Assembly (NCBI GenBank): GCA_904063045.1
Contig: CAJFCJ010000047.1
Coordinates: forward strand, 1-64,000
Length of the DNA: 64,000 nucleotides
Reading direction: 5' to 3'
Source: Dimorphilus gyrociliatus
Taxonomy: Eukaryota; Animalia; Annelida
Shown here: one piece after another, positions 26,225 to 38,600 of the stretch
How positions within the stretch are numbered: position 1 is the stretch's first letter
Layout: each line of letters begins with the position of its first letter
The notes under the pieces: generated by a model
The model's database searches: none
Told to the model about the DNA's origin: nothing
Seen by the model: only the letters and a program-made list of their open reading frames with translations
Program-made: the position numbers and the translations under genes

Positions 26225-27590
26225 TTGCTATTAACTGGAAAATGTAAGAAAGGCTACAACGGAAGTGACTGCTCCAAATTTTCTTGTGAGAAATTAAACT
26301 TCTGTTCTACTCATGGAAAATGTATCGAGTGTAATAAATGCTTGTGCGATAGCTTCTGGTCTGGAGAATTTTGCAGTATTCCAGTTTGTAGTAATGTGTC
26401 AGATTGTTCTAACAATGGCCGTTGCATTAGCGCTAATAAATGCCAATGTAAAGAATATGAAAGTGACGACTGTTCCTTGAAAATAGCTCCAAATAAAGCT
26501 CAACCAGTCTTTTTAAATTTCAAATACTCAACGGAAGTTAGTGAAAATTTAAATGTTGGAGAAGTTTTATTTACTGTACAATCGAATGATACAGACAGTG
26601 GAAAATCTGGATTAGTTTACTACGAAATAGTATAAACACCAATTACTTTGAGTATCGACAGTAAAACTGGAAAAATTACTGTAAAGCAGTAAATTCAACC
26701 AGGTTTCTATACTATACAAATAGAAGCCTCTGATAATGGAATTCCTGCTGAAAGAACTTCAACGACCTTGACATTAACTGCTAATGACATTAATGAATGT
26801 TCAATAATTCAAAATGACAAAACAACAAAGATAATTAAATCGGATATTGAAAAAAATTCAACAATATTCGAAGTGAAAGCGAAAGGTGATGATTTAGGAT
26901 TAAATTTTGAATTGATATTCGACATGTCGATTCATGGGATAGAAAATCGAGATTTCGAATTAGAGATATAAAATGAAACTAATCAGATCATCTCAACAAA
27001 GACGCCATTAATTTCCGGACAATTTGATGTAATCTTGTACGTTTATGACAAATCTAGAGGTCCTTGTATAGCCACAGCTATTCTGTCTCTTATCATCCTA
27101 TCACCAACTGTTGATTTATCAAAAATTCAAGGTCAAAGTGTTAAGATTGATGGAGAAACAACTTTTAGCACTACAAGTAACAAAGCCAGTGATGATGTCC
27201 CTACTTCAAAATATATAGTACAACTTTCATCCCATCTTCTTCTTCATCTCTGTGCATAGAAAATGATGAAACAACAACAGCTAACAGTGGCAGTGATAGA
27301 GTTAGCAAAGACATCACTACTCAAAATAACATTGGCCAATCTTTTTTTTTTATTCTTCTAATCCTCCAATATGATTTACAAAAGATTGTAGAACAACTGG
27401 AGAATCGTTGACAACTGAAAAAGTTGATGGAGAAAAGGAGAAGAAAACAAGCATGTTTACATCACTTCTAAATGGTCTTATGGTCACTATTGCTCTTGCT
27501 GGAATAATAATTCTATTGCTTTTTTTCTTTTGTAACTGTAAAAAGAGTTGAATGAAATGAATTCTATCAAGAAACATTAAAAAATTTAAG
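26225..27590 (+). pseudogene. 5'-truncated EGF-repeat / 2x cadherin / Ser-Thr stalk / TM protein pseudogene
   Basis: EGF-like repeats, cadherin motifs (PVFLNFKYSTEVSEN...DTDSG...VYYEI; IEASDNGIP) and a TM helix (GLMVTIALAGIIILLLFFFC). In-frame TAA at 26633, about 26690 and 26969, several TGA stops and a frameshift. Confidence 0.85.
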
Positions 27591-27675
27591 TAAAATTAAA
27601 GATTTTTCAGTGTTCTTAACATAGATTGACCTGACATGAACCTTTTTATATTAGACTAGTAGCGCCATCTACTTT

Positions 27676-28058
27676 TGTATAAATAACAAGACATGCGTTA
27701 ACAATTGGCTTAGGTCTTAAGATTAGGGTTTGCCAATCAAAGGCTGACTGGCAAGCCCTTTATTGCACTCACCTACAAGCTTGTTAGCCCTACAGCTAGT
27801 GTAGCTATTAGGAACTATTGTCTTAAGTAGCAGTTCCTAAGAATTAGAATGATGGAACTTTAGAAAGAATCCAATTTCGTAAGAAATAGATTCTTTGGCC
27901 ATAATAGATGGAGCCACAATGAAATTGGCATAGGCAAAGAAAAAGTGAACCCAAGCATTGGCAAATGTATAAAAGGAGATTGATTTCCAAAGATTGTCAT
28001 TGATTTACTCAATACATATTCTATTGGCAAAACTCTGGACTTTTAATAATACTGTACA
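27676..28058 (+). mobile_element. Solo-LTR-like element (TGTA...TACA, about 380 bp)
   Basis: Shares a TATA block and a GATTTACTCAATACATATTCTAT block with copy B and ends in TACA at the equivalent position. No TSD could be confirmed. Confidence 0.5.
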
Positions 28059-28061
28059 TTT

Positions 28062-28268
28062 GGGGTCGACAGAAAACGTCCACAAATGAGAAATTTCAAG
28101 ACAAAAGTTTGAATTGAGAAATGGATGGGCAGAAGAAAACAGCAACTGATTTGTACTTAGGAGGATCTCCTATAAGGGTTAGGGCTAATGGAAAAGGTTG
28201 GGTACAGCTAAGGGCTGGGTTAGCGTTAGGGTAAAAGCACTGATTTGTGGACGTTTTCTGTTGCATCC
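28062..28268 (+). mobile_element. MITE, GGGGTCGACAG family (best-preserved copy)
   Basis: Subterminal inverted repeats ACAGAAAACGTCCACAAAT / ATTTGTGGACGTTTTCTGT and an internal GGGTTAG-rich block. Other copies at 25978, 41115 and 43665. Confidence 0.85.
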
Positions 28269-28619
28269 ATCAGTGCTCTGACAATATTATTAAAGGATTG
28301 GAAAGGACAAATAATATTGTAAAGAGTCAAAATTTAGTAAAATATTCAGCACATAACATCTCTGGGTATGTGATAGTACTTACGTATTTCTTGTACATAG
28401 ATTCTCCAAAAAAGATTTGAAAAATTGAATGAAGATTTGAAAAGAAACTTTAGACTAAAAATAACATTGTTTGTAGCTGAATTAAGAATTTTTTTTTTAA
28501 AATAAGACACTTGAACAAGTAGTTATATCCAAGTTCAATGACAAAAAGATAGTTTATAGTAGCAGATTGCCAAGTTACCAAACTAGCAGTTATAAAGTAG
28601 TGCTTTTACTCAAACCTTT

Positions 28620-28960
28620 CAACACAGTGTTTAATATAATGGTTTATTCAAAGATTTCTAATAGTAACAGTTTTGGACGTAAATCCAATTGAAGTTACAT
28701 TTGAAAGAATTTTAATGTTAATATTTAAAACAATTATATTTTAGGTAAGGAAAACGATTCAATAAATTTTTATTTAAATAGCAATCAGATAGATTAAATG
28801 CCTCTAACGTGCCTGATGATTTTTGAAGTCCTTTACAAATGTTAAAGCAACCATTTGCTATTCTCATATTATTACCCAAAGTTAGTGACACTATTTTTCA
28901 ATTAAATTCAATTTGTAAGAATTTGGGATAAGATTCAATCTATTCACAGCTCAAACCATT
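28620..28960 (-). pseudogene. Decayed RI-like LRR relic of the same family as 48622-50384
   Basis: LTLGNNMRIANGCFNICKGLQKSSGTLEAFNLSDCYLN, followed by stops. Confidence 0.65.
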
Positions 28961-28999
28961 TCAAAAATCAGGATCATCAGTATTTTCAATGTTCTTTGT

Positions 29000-29150
29000 T
29001 CCTTTGCTAATTTCATATTGGCTTCATTTGTTTTGGTCAAAGAGTCTAATTCTTATAAAATATGATTCTTTCTTGAATTCCATTATTCTAATTCTGCAAA
29101 ATAGAGGTCTTTCCAAATTTCCATTATTCTAATTCCTACAAAATAGAAAT
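29000..29150 (-). repeat. LTR-like fragment homologous to 27842-27935, with an internal tandem duplication
   Basis: AATTAGAATAATGGAA occurs twice and the alignment to 27842-27935 continues (AAAGAATC...GACTCTTTGACC). Confidence 0.55.
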
Positions 29151-29636
29151 CTCTCTAAAGTCTCTCTATCATATGTAAAGTATCACTATGTCTTTGTTTC
29201 TAAGTGTACAATAGATTTTCTTCGTATTTACCAGTTTTTATCAAAATAAAATAATTTACTTATGGAGGTTATTGGAAACTTTAGATATTTTCTGACAATT
29301 TATGGATATTTCTTGTTGATCCATTGATACAAAGAAAACTGAATGTCTTAAATGTTGAAGTAAAACAAGATTATCAATTATCTTGTGAAACTTATTAACC
29401 AAAAATAAAAGAAATTGAAAAATTGAATTTCTTTAAACAATTTTCTTTGTCTCTATACACAAATTAGGTCAATATATAATAAATAAAATATTTAAAACAT
29501 GTATGCTTTGACATGTAAAAAACGTTTATTTGTTATTTATTTATAAGAATTGAACAATTAATTATCTATATTTTCAAGACTACAACAAGGCTGTGTATTA
29601 GTTAAAAGTTTCCTTTCCTTGAACACATTGTACAAA

Positions 29637-31541
29637 ATGGTAATGTATGTGGCTACAAACTATCTTGGTGTGATATTACTATTTGTACCATTAATCTTTG
29701 GATTTTATGAAGATTATGTAAATATGCTATCACCCCATCAGCATATTGTTCAAAGTGGATCAATTCACCTAGGAAAGTATACATTTGGTAATTTATATGA
29801 TGGAACTCCTTTTGAATTTAAAACTGATGGAAGTAGATTAAATATAAGCAAAGTTAAGTTATGGTTTCATATTCCTGGTGGAGAACATTTTAAATTACAT
29901 ACCTTACGTCTCCTGAAATTACGTAATGGACATGAAAAGTTAAGTTTTACATTAACATTCTTAAACAGTCGAGATATTTATGATTTAGAGCATAATTTTA
30001 CAAAGGGCTGGAATGAAATTGCGTTTACTAATTTAACATTTATAAATAGAATCTATGTAACAGTTACTGAATCAGATTATGATAATCTAGAAATTGGTGA
30101 ATTTCAAATTCTTGGTTTCAATAAATATTTTCTATCGTGTCTTGAATGGTTTAGTAAATCGACACTTGAAACATCTGTTGTAATGATACATACAATTGGC
30201 AGTTCGATATCATTAGATGTTTCAAGAATAGAAAGTGGAGCAACTTGCCAATCATCAACTGGTAATTGTAGATTAGCAATAAAAGATTCTGTTAATTATA
30301 TTGATGACATGTGGATACCATTGGCAACGGATAAAAATATATTTATTGAGATCAAATTTTATGATAGCTACTCAATTGAGGAAATTATTGTAAAACAACC
30401 AATTGAAAATGAAATTAATTCTATAATCATCAAATGTGATGAGAGTTTAATTGAAATGATTGTGAATAAAACTAGTTTATTTACATCATTACAAACAGAA
30501 TTGACAACAAGTTTTCTCAGATTTCTATTTTATAAGAGAGATAATCAGACATTTTTTGGATTGTATGAAATCAAAGTAATTGGTCGTACCCGTAAACCTC
30601 ACAAAAATATTTGTGACTCTGCAACAAGTTATATAAAATCACAAGATTTCATATCAATAGGTCAGAATAAAGTGACATATAAACCAACATCAACTGACCA
30701 ATGCTCTCAAAGTAAACATTTTTTGAGGTAAAACACTAGAAAATTCTATCCTCCATTTTGCTTTTTTGTTTACTTTTCAATTTCTCTTTTCAGAACAAGT
30801 ATTTCAGATTATAGAAAATACAAATATCACTTGGCAGCTAATAGCTATTTTTGCTCTCAACAAATAAGTATTGACTGTAGCAATTATAAATCAGAAAATA
30901 TTGAAGGATTAATATTTTCATCAAATAATAAAACTTTAAAATTTTTAGATGAAAATGAAAAATGTTTTAGAAATCCAATTTTAAAGTGTAAATGTACAAA
31001 TAACTTTAATGGAAGTTATTCTGGATCTATCAATTTTTCAACAAATGATTTACCACTTTTAAAAGTTTGTGTTAGTAAAAAAATTAATACTACTGAAACA
31101 TCAGAGGTTAATCTATCATTTGGTAAGCTAGTTTGTTATGCTAAGAAAGATTTTCTTCAATCAAATAACCAAGAAATTGTTGATAATAATTTACAAACTT
31201 GTTCATCTAACATTCATTTTAATAAAATTTCAATTAATCAACAAAGTTTGGCAAATGGTTCTATTGAAGTTAATCTATGGTTTAACGAGAATAATAATCA
31301 ATTTCACTGTCAGGATATTATGGTTTACAAGGAAGATAATATTGAAAAATGTGGTAATCTATCTCTCAATCAATGTTCCTTTCGAAGTTCAGAAAATACG
31401 GATCAATTTTCTATAAAACTATGTAAATATGTGTGCAAATATGGAGTAAGTCGTCATATACAAATTGTAAAAGAATACCAAAAATATCCAGATAATGATT
31501 CAAGTTTGTGTGAAGCAACAGTCATTTTTAATAATGAATAG
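29637..31541 (+). CDS. Secreted protein with discoidin (F5/8C)-like domains and a Caspr/neurexin-IV-type fibrinogen-like domain
   Basis: Hydrophobic N-terminus, two beta-rich modules ending in LEIGEFQILG and FGLYEIKVIG, an in-frame intron at 30728-30793, then CSQQISIDC...CKC...DLPLLKV...FGKLVCY. Confidence 0.65.
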
Positions 31542-31819
31542 TTAAAAATTTTAAATAAAAAAATATCTATTGGAATGTCATCATTGAAACTGAGTTCTTA
31601 AATACTAAATAGAACATTTTTTGCCCATTAACTTCTACTTATTAGCTATTAAATGAAGCAGGTATAGGGTTTGGGTCCACTGACAGGGCTATGTCATTTG
31701 GGTTAGGCAAGGACTTTAGTTGATAAATGAAGGATTTATTTGTACAAACATGTTTGTTTACATCACTTTACATAATATAACAACTCTTAAATCTGTTGGT
31801 TTTGAACAATCCTTGTCTT

Positions 31820-32090
31820 GTCTTTATTGTTCCATAATTCTTCCATTAAACTGGATTTTAAATTTTACTCTCTCTTTTGTCTTTAAAACATTTCCCTCTT
31901 CTGAAGTTATGATGATAAGCAAGTGGCTTCTTTCATAGTGAATTCAGAGTCCATTAACCGGATTTCTTTTTCTATCATGAAGAACAAAAGTGCTCCTGAA
32001 TCACATAAAGCAATAACTTCTCTTCCATTATGATTTTTCATTCATAATTGTAAATCTTTTCTTATTTTAAGACTTTTCAACTTCACTTAG
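31820..32090 (-). mobile_element. Decayed copy of the Gypsy protease region found at 55150-55400
   Basis: The reverse complement aligns (AAAAATCATAATGGAAGAGAAGTTATTGCTTTATGTGATTCAGGAGCACTTTTG...TTTAATGGAAGAATTATGGAACAA). Confidence 0.85.
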
Positions 32091-32129
32091 TACCAATATT
32101 TTGTACAACAGGAGTAAACAAAAATTTAT

Positions 32130-32450
32130 TCTTGCCGAGAAGCATTCCATATCTGAAGAGTTTTTTATCTAGACCAAAACTATGGCATAAGTGTAAAACA
32201 TTCGTGCATCTCAATGATTCAAAAGTACCAAAATACGATACACAGATTTTTCTTTTGTTTTATATCTCTCAGTAAGAATCCATAGGAATTTTTTTTTTAC
32301 TTTTATTTCAAAATCTAAATCTCTTGGATGCTTTTGTCTTTTACCCTCTTTATATCTAGAAGCTTTTCATTTTTACAGTAAACTCTTAATCATTTTTATA
32401 GTACGTGTTAAGGATAGGGAGCTCAAGAATATCTTTGAGTACATCTCCTT
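32130..32450 (-). mobile_element. MULE relic homologous to 50638-51187
   Basis: Shares AAATCTAAATCTCTTGG(A/G)TGCTTTTG...CTCTTTATATCTAGAAGCTTTT with 50705-50762. Confidence 0.65.
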
Positions 32451-32871
32451 GAAAAGCATTTATATCAAACTCAAGTGCACAATGTATCTCTTCTAAAGGT
32501 AAGCCACTGTTCAGGTTGTGTAGCAAGTAAGCATAAAAGATTTAACCATAATTTCTGAATTATTAAATTATAGAATATTGAAATAATAAAATTCATTATA
32601 CGAAGGCCTAGAATGTTACCAATCATATTTTGCAGGGTATTTCATCAATTTCTAAAAAAAAATGTCAATACTTTGAACAAAAATGGAAACACAGAATATT
32701 TTTCAATAGACAATGAAAATTCAACATCCTGAGATCACTTCATCTTGTATATCAAGATTATTAATATTGTTAATTATCCATTCATTTTATCTTGGTTGAT
32801 GGAGTTGTATGTATTTTCTTTTAGCATTTTTTTAAAATATTTATGAATACTGTATATATTATACAATTTAG

Positions 32872-33807
32872 ATGATATCAGTTGATCGTATTAAAGAGTA
32901 CTCTAACCTTCCATCTGAAGAGTGCAAAGATTATTTAAATGAGGAGAGTTCATCACTAATACAATCTGGTTGGCCTTGCAATGGAAATTTACAGCTTGTT
33001 AATGTTTCAATGAGATATGATGCTAATTTACCATACACATTATCATCTATCAATTTATCCATTAAATCTGGAGAAAAGGTTTTATTCCATTTATTTAAAG
33101 TTGTCTTTTTGTCTCTCTAGGCCAAATCATTTATATTTCAGATTGGTGTGGTTGGACGGACTGGTGCGGGTAAAAGCTCTCTGATATCAGCCCTTGTAAG
33201 AATGGCTATTGTTGAAGGACAAATTTTTTTAGATAATGTTGATATACTACGAGATGTTAGTCTCAGTAGGGCTAGATCAGCTATATCTGTTATTCCACAG
33301 GACCCAGTTTTATTCTCTGGGACAATCCAATCCAATTTAGATCCATTGCACATGTATTCTGATGATGAGATTTGGATGAGCCTCCATAAAGTTCAATTAT
33401 CAAAAAAGGTAAAAGATTTGAAAGATCAATTGCAATCAAAAATGATGGCAGGAGGAGGAAATTTCAGCACTGGAGAGAGACAATTGATTTGTTTGGCAAG
33501 AGCATTATTAAAACAATCATATTTAATATTGATTAATGAGGCAACTGCTAATGTGGACTTGGAAACAGATTATCTCATTCAAGGTGTTTTGCAATAGCAA
33601 TTTGAGCATTGTACAATTATAACCATAGCTCATAGATTAAATACAATTATTAATAATGATAAAATAGTTGTTATGGCTCAAGGGAGGATAGTAGAAATAG
33701 GAACTATTGAAGAATTGAAAAGGCAAAGAGGAGTCTTTTTCAAATTACTACAAACTGAAACTTTTACACTAAAAGAATTAGGGTTAAATCCAAATGAGAC
33801 TAAGTAA
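32872..33807 (+). pseudogene. ABCC-type transporter NBD2 fragment (C-terminal end, one intron retained)
   Basis: ISVDRIKEY...WP..G.L, Walker A GRTGAGKSS, FSTGERQLICLARALL and Walker B D->N (LILINEATANVD). In-frame TAG at 33595 before QFEHCTIITIAHRL. Confidence 0.88.
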
Positions 33808-34189
33808 GATATTAAAATCTGAGTTCTTTACATAAAAGATGGAATGCAACATTTGTATTTCCAAGTAGTAACATATTGATATTAGAAAATTAGATATGAA
33901 GAAATTTTAGAGATACTTCTACTTTGTTGGAAATAGAATAATGGACAATAATAGATTGAGCTACAATGGAGTTGGCAAAGGAACAAAGATTAACATTAGA
34001 AAGATTATATATTAGATCTGTGATGTAACAATTTTTCACTGTCAAAAGATTATTTGTTATATTAGGTATGACCAAAAAATTTCAAACTCTGTGTTTTTTT
34101 TTTTGCAAGAAATCTTTGTGAAATTTTATTTATTTTTTTATGTTATAGCCTACAGTCTACTCTAAAAATATTAACAATTGTATTTTCTA

Positions 34190-34420
34190 ATATTCCCCTC
34201 CTTTCTCTATGCAAGCCTGCCATTTGCTTGCAAGTAGGTTGATACCATGCTGATAAAAGGAGGATGGCTTTCTCCTTAGAAAATCTTTGATGTCTTTTTT
34301 TCAATTCTTCCAAATGATCATAATGGACCCCTCTGATATGGTCCTTCAATCTCCCAAAAAGATAATAGTCTGAGGGGGGCCAACTCAGGGCTGTATGGTG
34401 GGTCAGGGTATATTGATTAC
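34190..34420 (-). mobile_element. Mariner transposase C-terminal relic
   Basis: PPYSPELAPSDYYLFGRLKDHIRG...KWQACIEKGGEY, with frameshifts. Confidence 0.85.
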
Positions 34421-34640
34421 CCTTGGTCTCTTATAAAGTCTGTTGTTAGGAGACTTGTATGTGGTCTTGCATTATTGTGCTGTAAAATTATTTGTTTTCC
34501 AGTCTAATATTATGTAATCTTTTTCTTAGCCTCTCTTTTTCTTTTTAGAAAGAAAATGATTCTTTCACTTTAGTCATAGATGAAGAGGGAAGCAGACCCA
34601 AATTCAAAGAGATCTTTTTATCTGAGCTATCTTTTACATA

Positions 34641-34703
34641 AAAATATGTAAAAACTTACCTAAATGCTTTTTGAAAGAAATTTATATAAAATTCCAACTT
34701 TAA
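34641..34703 (+). repeat. About 63-bp dispersed repeat shared with 63925-63987
   Basis: AAAATATGTAAAAACTTACCTAAATGCTTT(T/C)TGAAAGAAA(T/C)TTATATAA occurs at both sites. Confidence 0.8.
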
Positions 34704-35192
34704 CTTATCATTCAGGATTGAAAAAACAAAGATAATAATCTTTCTTCATAATGAAAACGATTATTAATATTTCGCCTATCAAAATTCGAGGTGATCCAAT
34801 ATATGTGTCGTTTACTTTATCCTTCAAAAAATTCTTATAAATGAATGTTTATATAAAATTTCAGTTGGTTTTAGTTAAAAACGTAATACAAGCAAAAAGA
34901 TATTCTATATAAATAAGAGAGAAAGTCTGAAAAAACTTCCTACTGAACTTAAAGAGTTAATTATTTTTCTTTGGCCAATTTAATACGAAATCTATGTGAG
35001 TGAATTCACTTGGACACGTCAACATACAATCAAACATAGAGCTTAGCAATTTAGATGAGTGAGCAGCTTGTTTAACCATGCACAGCTTAACCCTTGTCAT
35101 ACCAAAATAGTTCGTTGATTATCAATGAAATCCTAGATAATCCTTTTTTATATATGCACTATAGAATAAATCATTTTATATTAAAACCAAGT

Positions 35193-35400
35193 GGGAAAAT
35201 CCCCAAGGTTAATGATCTGGTAGTTTAAGCTAGTGTCTCCTTAAAAAACCACAATTGGAAAATAGGATGCCTACAGAGAATAAAGAAGTCTGCTGATGGA
35301 CAACCTAGGAACCTACAGATCCTCACAGAAAGATCTTTAGTATGGCGAGATCACAGAAAAGTAGTTCCATTCTAAAGAAACATAACGTTCTTTAAGAGGG
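35193..35400 (+). mobile_element. BEL/Pao retrotransposon 3' relic (integrase C-terminal DUF5641-like region plus polypurine tract)
   Basis: GKIPKVNDLVV*ASVSLKNHNWKIGCLQRIKKSADGQPRNLQILTERSLVWRDHRKVVPF, followed by AAGAGGGGG. Confidence 0.65.
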
Positions 35401-35624
35401 GTAGCGTTAATCACATGGACCTACATGTGATTATATAGGACATTCTTTCTTTTAGAATACAGCTACAAACAGTAAAATTATATCGTTTGGTAATGAAGAA
35501 CCAATCTTCAACAATCTTACTTCAACTTTTTCCTTTGGATACAAATTGACTCATCACAAAAATTATAGCTTGCTAGGCCCTAATTATTTTTTTAGGGGTG
35601 CTTTTTTTGCTATCTTTGTTAATA

Positions 35625-38600
35625 TTAAACTGATAACAGTAGTAAGAATGGCAATATTATCACAGAAATATGTGAAACAACAATTCGTGCATGATTACAA
35701 AAATCAGAGTCACAGCATGCTTGACAGAGTTTTTCTTGGTTTATCTCTTTGCAGTTATTCTCATTTTTAGCAGGACAGGTTTCAGTTGAACATCCTCTTA
35801 TATAAGTAGTAACACCCTTGAACGTGTGTTCAAACTTAATACAATGCTCACCAGCTCCTACATAGCAAAATTTCTTTGTAGATAAAGAATCGGAATCACA
35901 ATCTTTCTCCTCACCAGAACATTCGTAACACCTTATTTCTTTAGGTTTAATGTCTGTTACTGAAAATTTTGAAAAACAAATCTAGTAAAAAAATTATAGA
36001 ACCAATTTAAATTAAAAGATGGTAGTATTTACAAGAGCATTTTCCATCCAACAGCTCATATCCTCCTTTACAAGTGTGACACGTTCCTATCATTAAACAA
36101 TTTTTACAATAATCAAAAGTGTCGATCAGACAAGGCCAACATTTTCCTCCTATGAGATAACCATATGTACATTGAGTACATATAGATTTTTCATTTATTA
36201 TTGAGCAACTTGAACATCCTTCCGATAACGTCATTGTGGTACATTCTATATAAAAAAAAAACACATATACACTGCGCTATTCGTTTGATTTATTTTGTTT
36301 TTTGCTTACCAATACATAGACCTTCCTTAAGACCATACCCAGGTGAACATTTCATACATTTTGCTTTACCATTTGACCCCATTCTGCAATCTTCGCAATT
36401 TTTAGTGCAAAATACACAACTTCCATTTATCAAGTGAAATCCTTGTTTACATAGATAGCACACAAGGTGATTTCTCAAAATTTCGCATTTAATACAATTT
36501 GGCGGACAAGCTGTACAAACTTCATTTTGTACAGATAAACAATCCACCTTTATCTTCATAGCATGATTGACAATTTTTTGGACATTTGTAGCATAGTTTA
36601 TTAGACTGTTTCAATCCATATCCCGTAGAACATCCGGTTGATGAACAGCGAACAATACCAAAGTTTGAACTGCATTTTTCGCAATTGTTGGGACATTCTA
36701 AGGATAATCAAATAAGATAAGAACATTAAGAGATTATTTTCCTAACCTATGCATTGTCCGTTAATCAGCATAAATCCTTTTGTACATGTATAGCAGTTGG
36801 AACCAAATGTATTACCAGGAACACTGGAACAGTGGTAGCATCCATTCGGGCAAGCTGATTGTAACAATTTAGTTTGTAATCAAAGAAAAACTAAAGAAAG
36901 AAACTTACGAAGGCAATTTTTGCTTTTCTGATTCAAGAAATAACCCGATTTACAACTTTTGCAGAGTTTTTCCGTTTCAGTTTGGTAACACGTGAGACAA
37001 GGACTAACGCATTTGAAACATTTGTTGTCACGATGAGAATATGTATAACCATCTTCGCAGACTGTGCATATCGTTCTGAAATGAGTACTATCCCATGAAC
37101 ATGATTTGCAGTTGAAAGGGCATGGTAAACAATTCCTATTCGAATCAAACGTGAATTTTGGAAAACATTTTGAACATTTGAAACTTCCATCTCCGGCTGT
37201 GAAACATTTTTCGCAAGATACTCCGCAGACTCCGCAAGTACCATCTGATTTTGTCACATAGCCAGCCTTACACCCGCTTGCTATGCAGAACGTTTCACTA
37301 CCTCTAAGTACGCAATTAATACAGGAAGGAGGACATTTGAAACACTGTTTTGAATCAGGACCAAGGGTGAAACCATCCGTGCACTTAATACAAATACTTT
37401 TTCCAAATATTGTCTTCATACACTTTTGACAATTCAGTTGGCAAGGACTGCACCGGAATTCATTGTCCGATAGTCCGTGTCCAACAGTACATTCAAACCT
37501 GATGCAGTGAGCTTGAAAGTTATCAACAGCCCTACATTTGGAGCAAGAAGGTGGACATTCCAAACAACCGGATTTATCTGGTTTTAATATATATCCCTTT
37601 TCGCATTGGTTGCATTCAACACCGAGATTCGTGAATGTACATGACAAACAGGCCGGATTGGAACTAAGGCATTCAGCTTTCGTTACACTAGGTGAGTAGG
37701 ACGTAGAACATTTATAACATTTGACTTCATTTAATTCATTAGCATTATCGCACTCTTTGCAGTTGGCAATTTTACCGCAATTTATGCATGTCTTTCTATC
37801 AACTGAAAGTGTAAATCCTTCAACGCATTCTTCACAAATTCGAGTCGTGTTAGAATTCGAGCATTTCAAACAATTTTCAGTCACGTGACTAGAGCAAGAT
37901 ATGCACTGTAAACCATCAAGCGAAGTAACAAAACCACTTTTGCATGTCTTACATGTTTTGTCGCGGTCTTTACATTCTATACAATTTTCATTAATCGAAT
38001 TGCAGGCGTAACAAAGCGCGTCATTTACATTATCAATAGCAAAACCACTTGAGCATTGATTACAACTTCCGGCCGTCCTACTTTCATTAACAAATGAGCA
38101 GGATTCACAAAATGAAGTACAAGATGTACATTTCGTTTTATCATTAGATAACGTGAATGAGTCATGACACGAACTGCATTGAGTCTGATAAGATTCTTTT
38201 AAGCAACTTGTACAATTTCCAACTGAGCATTGTACACAAATTCCAGTTGCTGAAATTGTAAAACCAGGTTTGCAGTTCAAGCAAAAGTTATTTTCCGAAC
38301 AGCTTAAACAATTAATATCTGAACACGTATAGCAACCCTTTCCGTCCGATTTAACATTGTACCCATTTCCGCAACTAAAGCATCTATCAACAGCAGTTTT
38401 TTCGTCGTTTAAGCTGCATTTTTCGCAGTTGGTATCAAGGCTACTGCAAGGTAGGCAATCCGTTTTCAAACCGTTTAAAAGATAGCCACTCTTACATTCT
38501 AGACAAATTTCTGTTAATTAATCTAGAAAGTTGATGATAACACACTTGTTGCAGTGTTCACTCAGTTGTGAACAACTCTGACAAACTTTCTCTGTGTAAT

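Noticed and set aside
26225-27260. Possible TAA/TAG-to-Gln genetic code reassignment
   Set aside because: Long exons (TIR, LRR, GPCR) contain many CAA/CAG codons and no in-frame TAA, and the stop-bearing regions also have frameshifts, deletions and TGA stops. They are pseudogenes.
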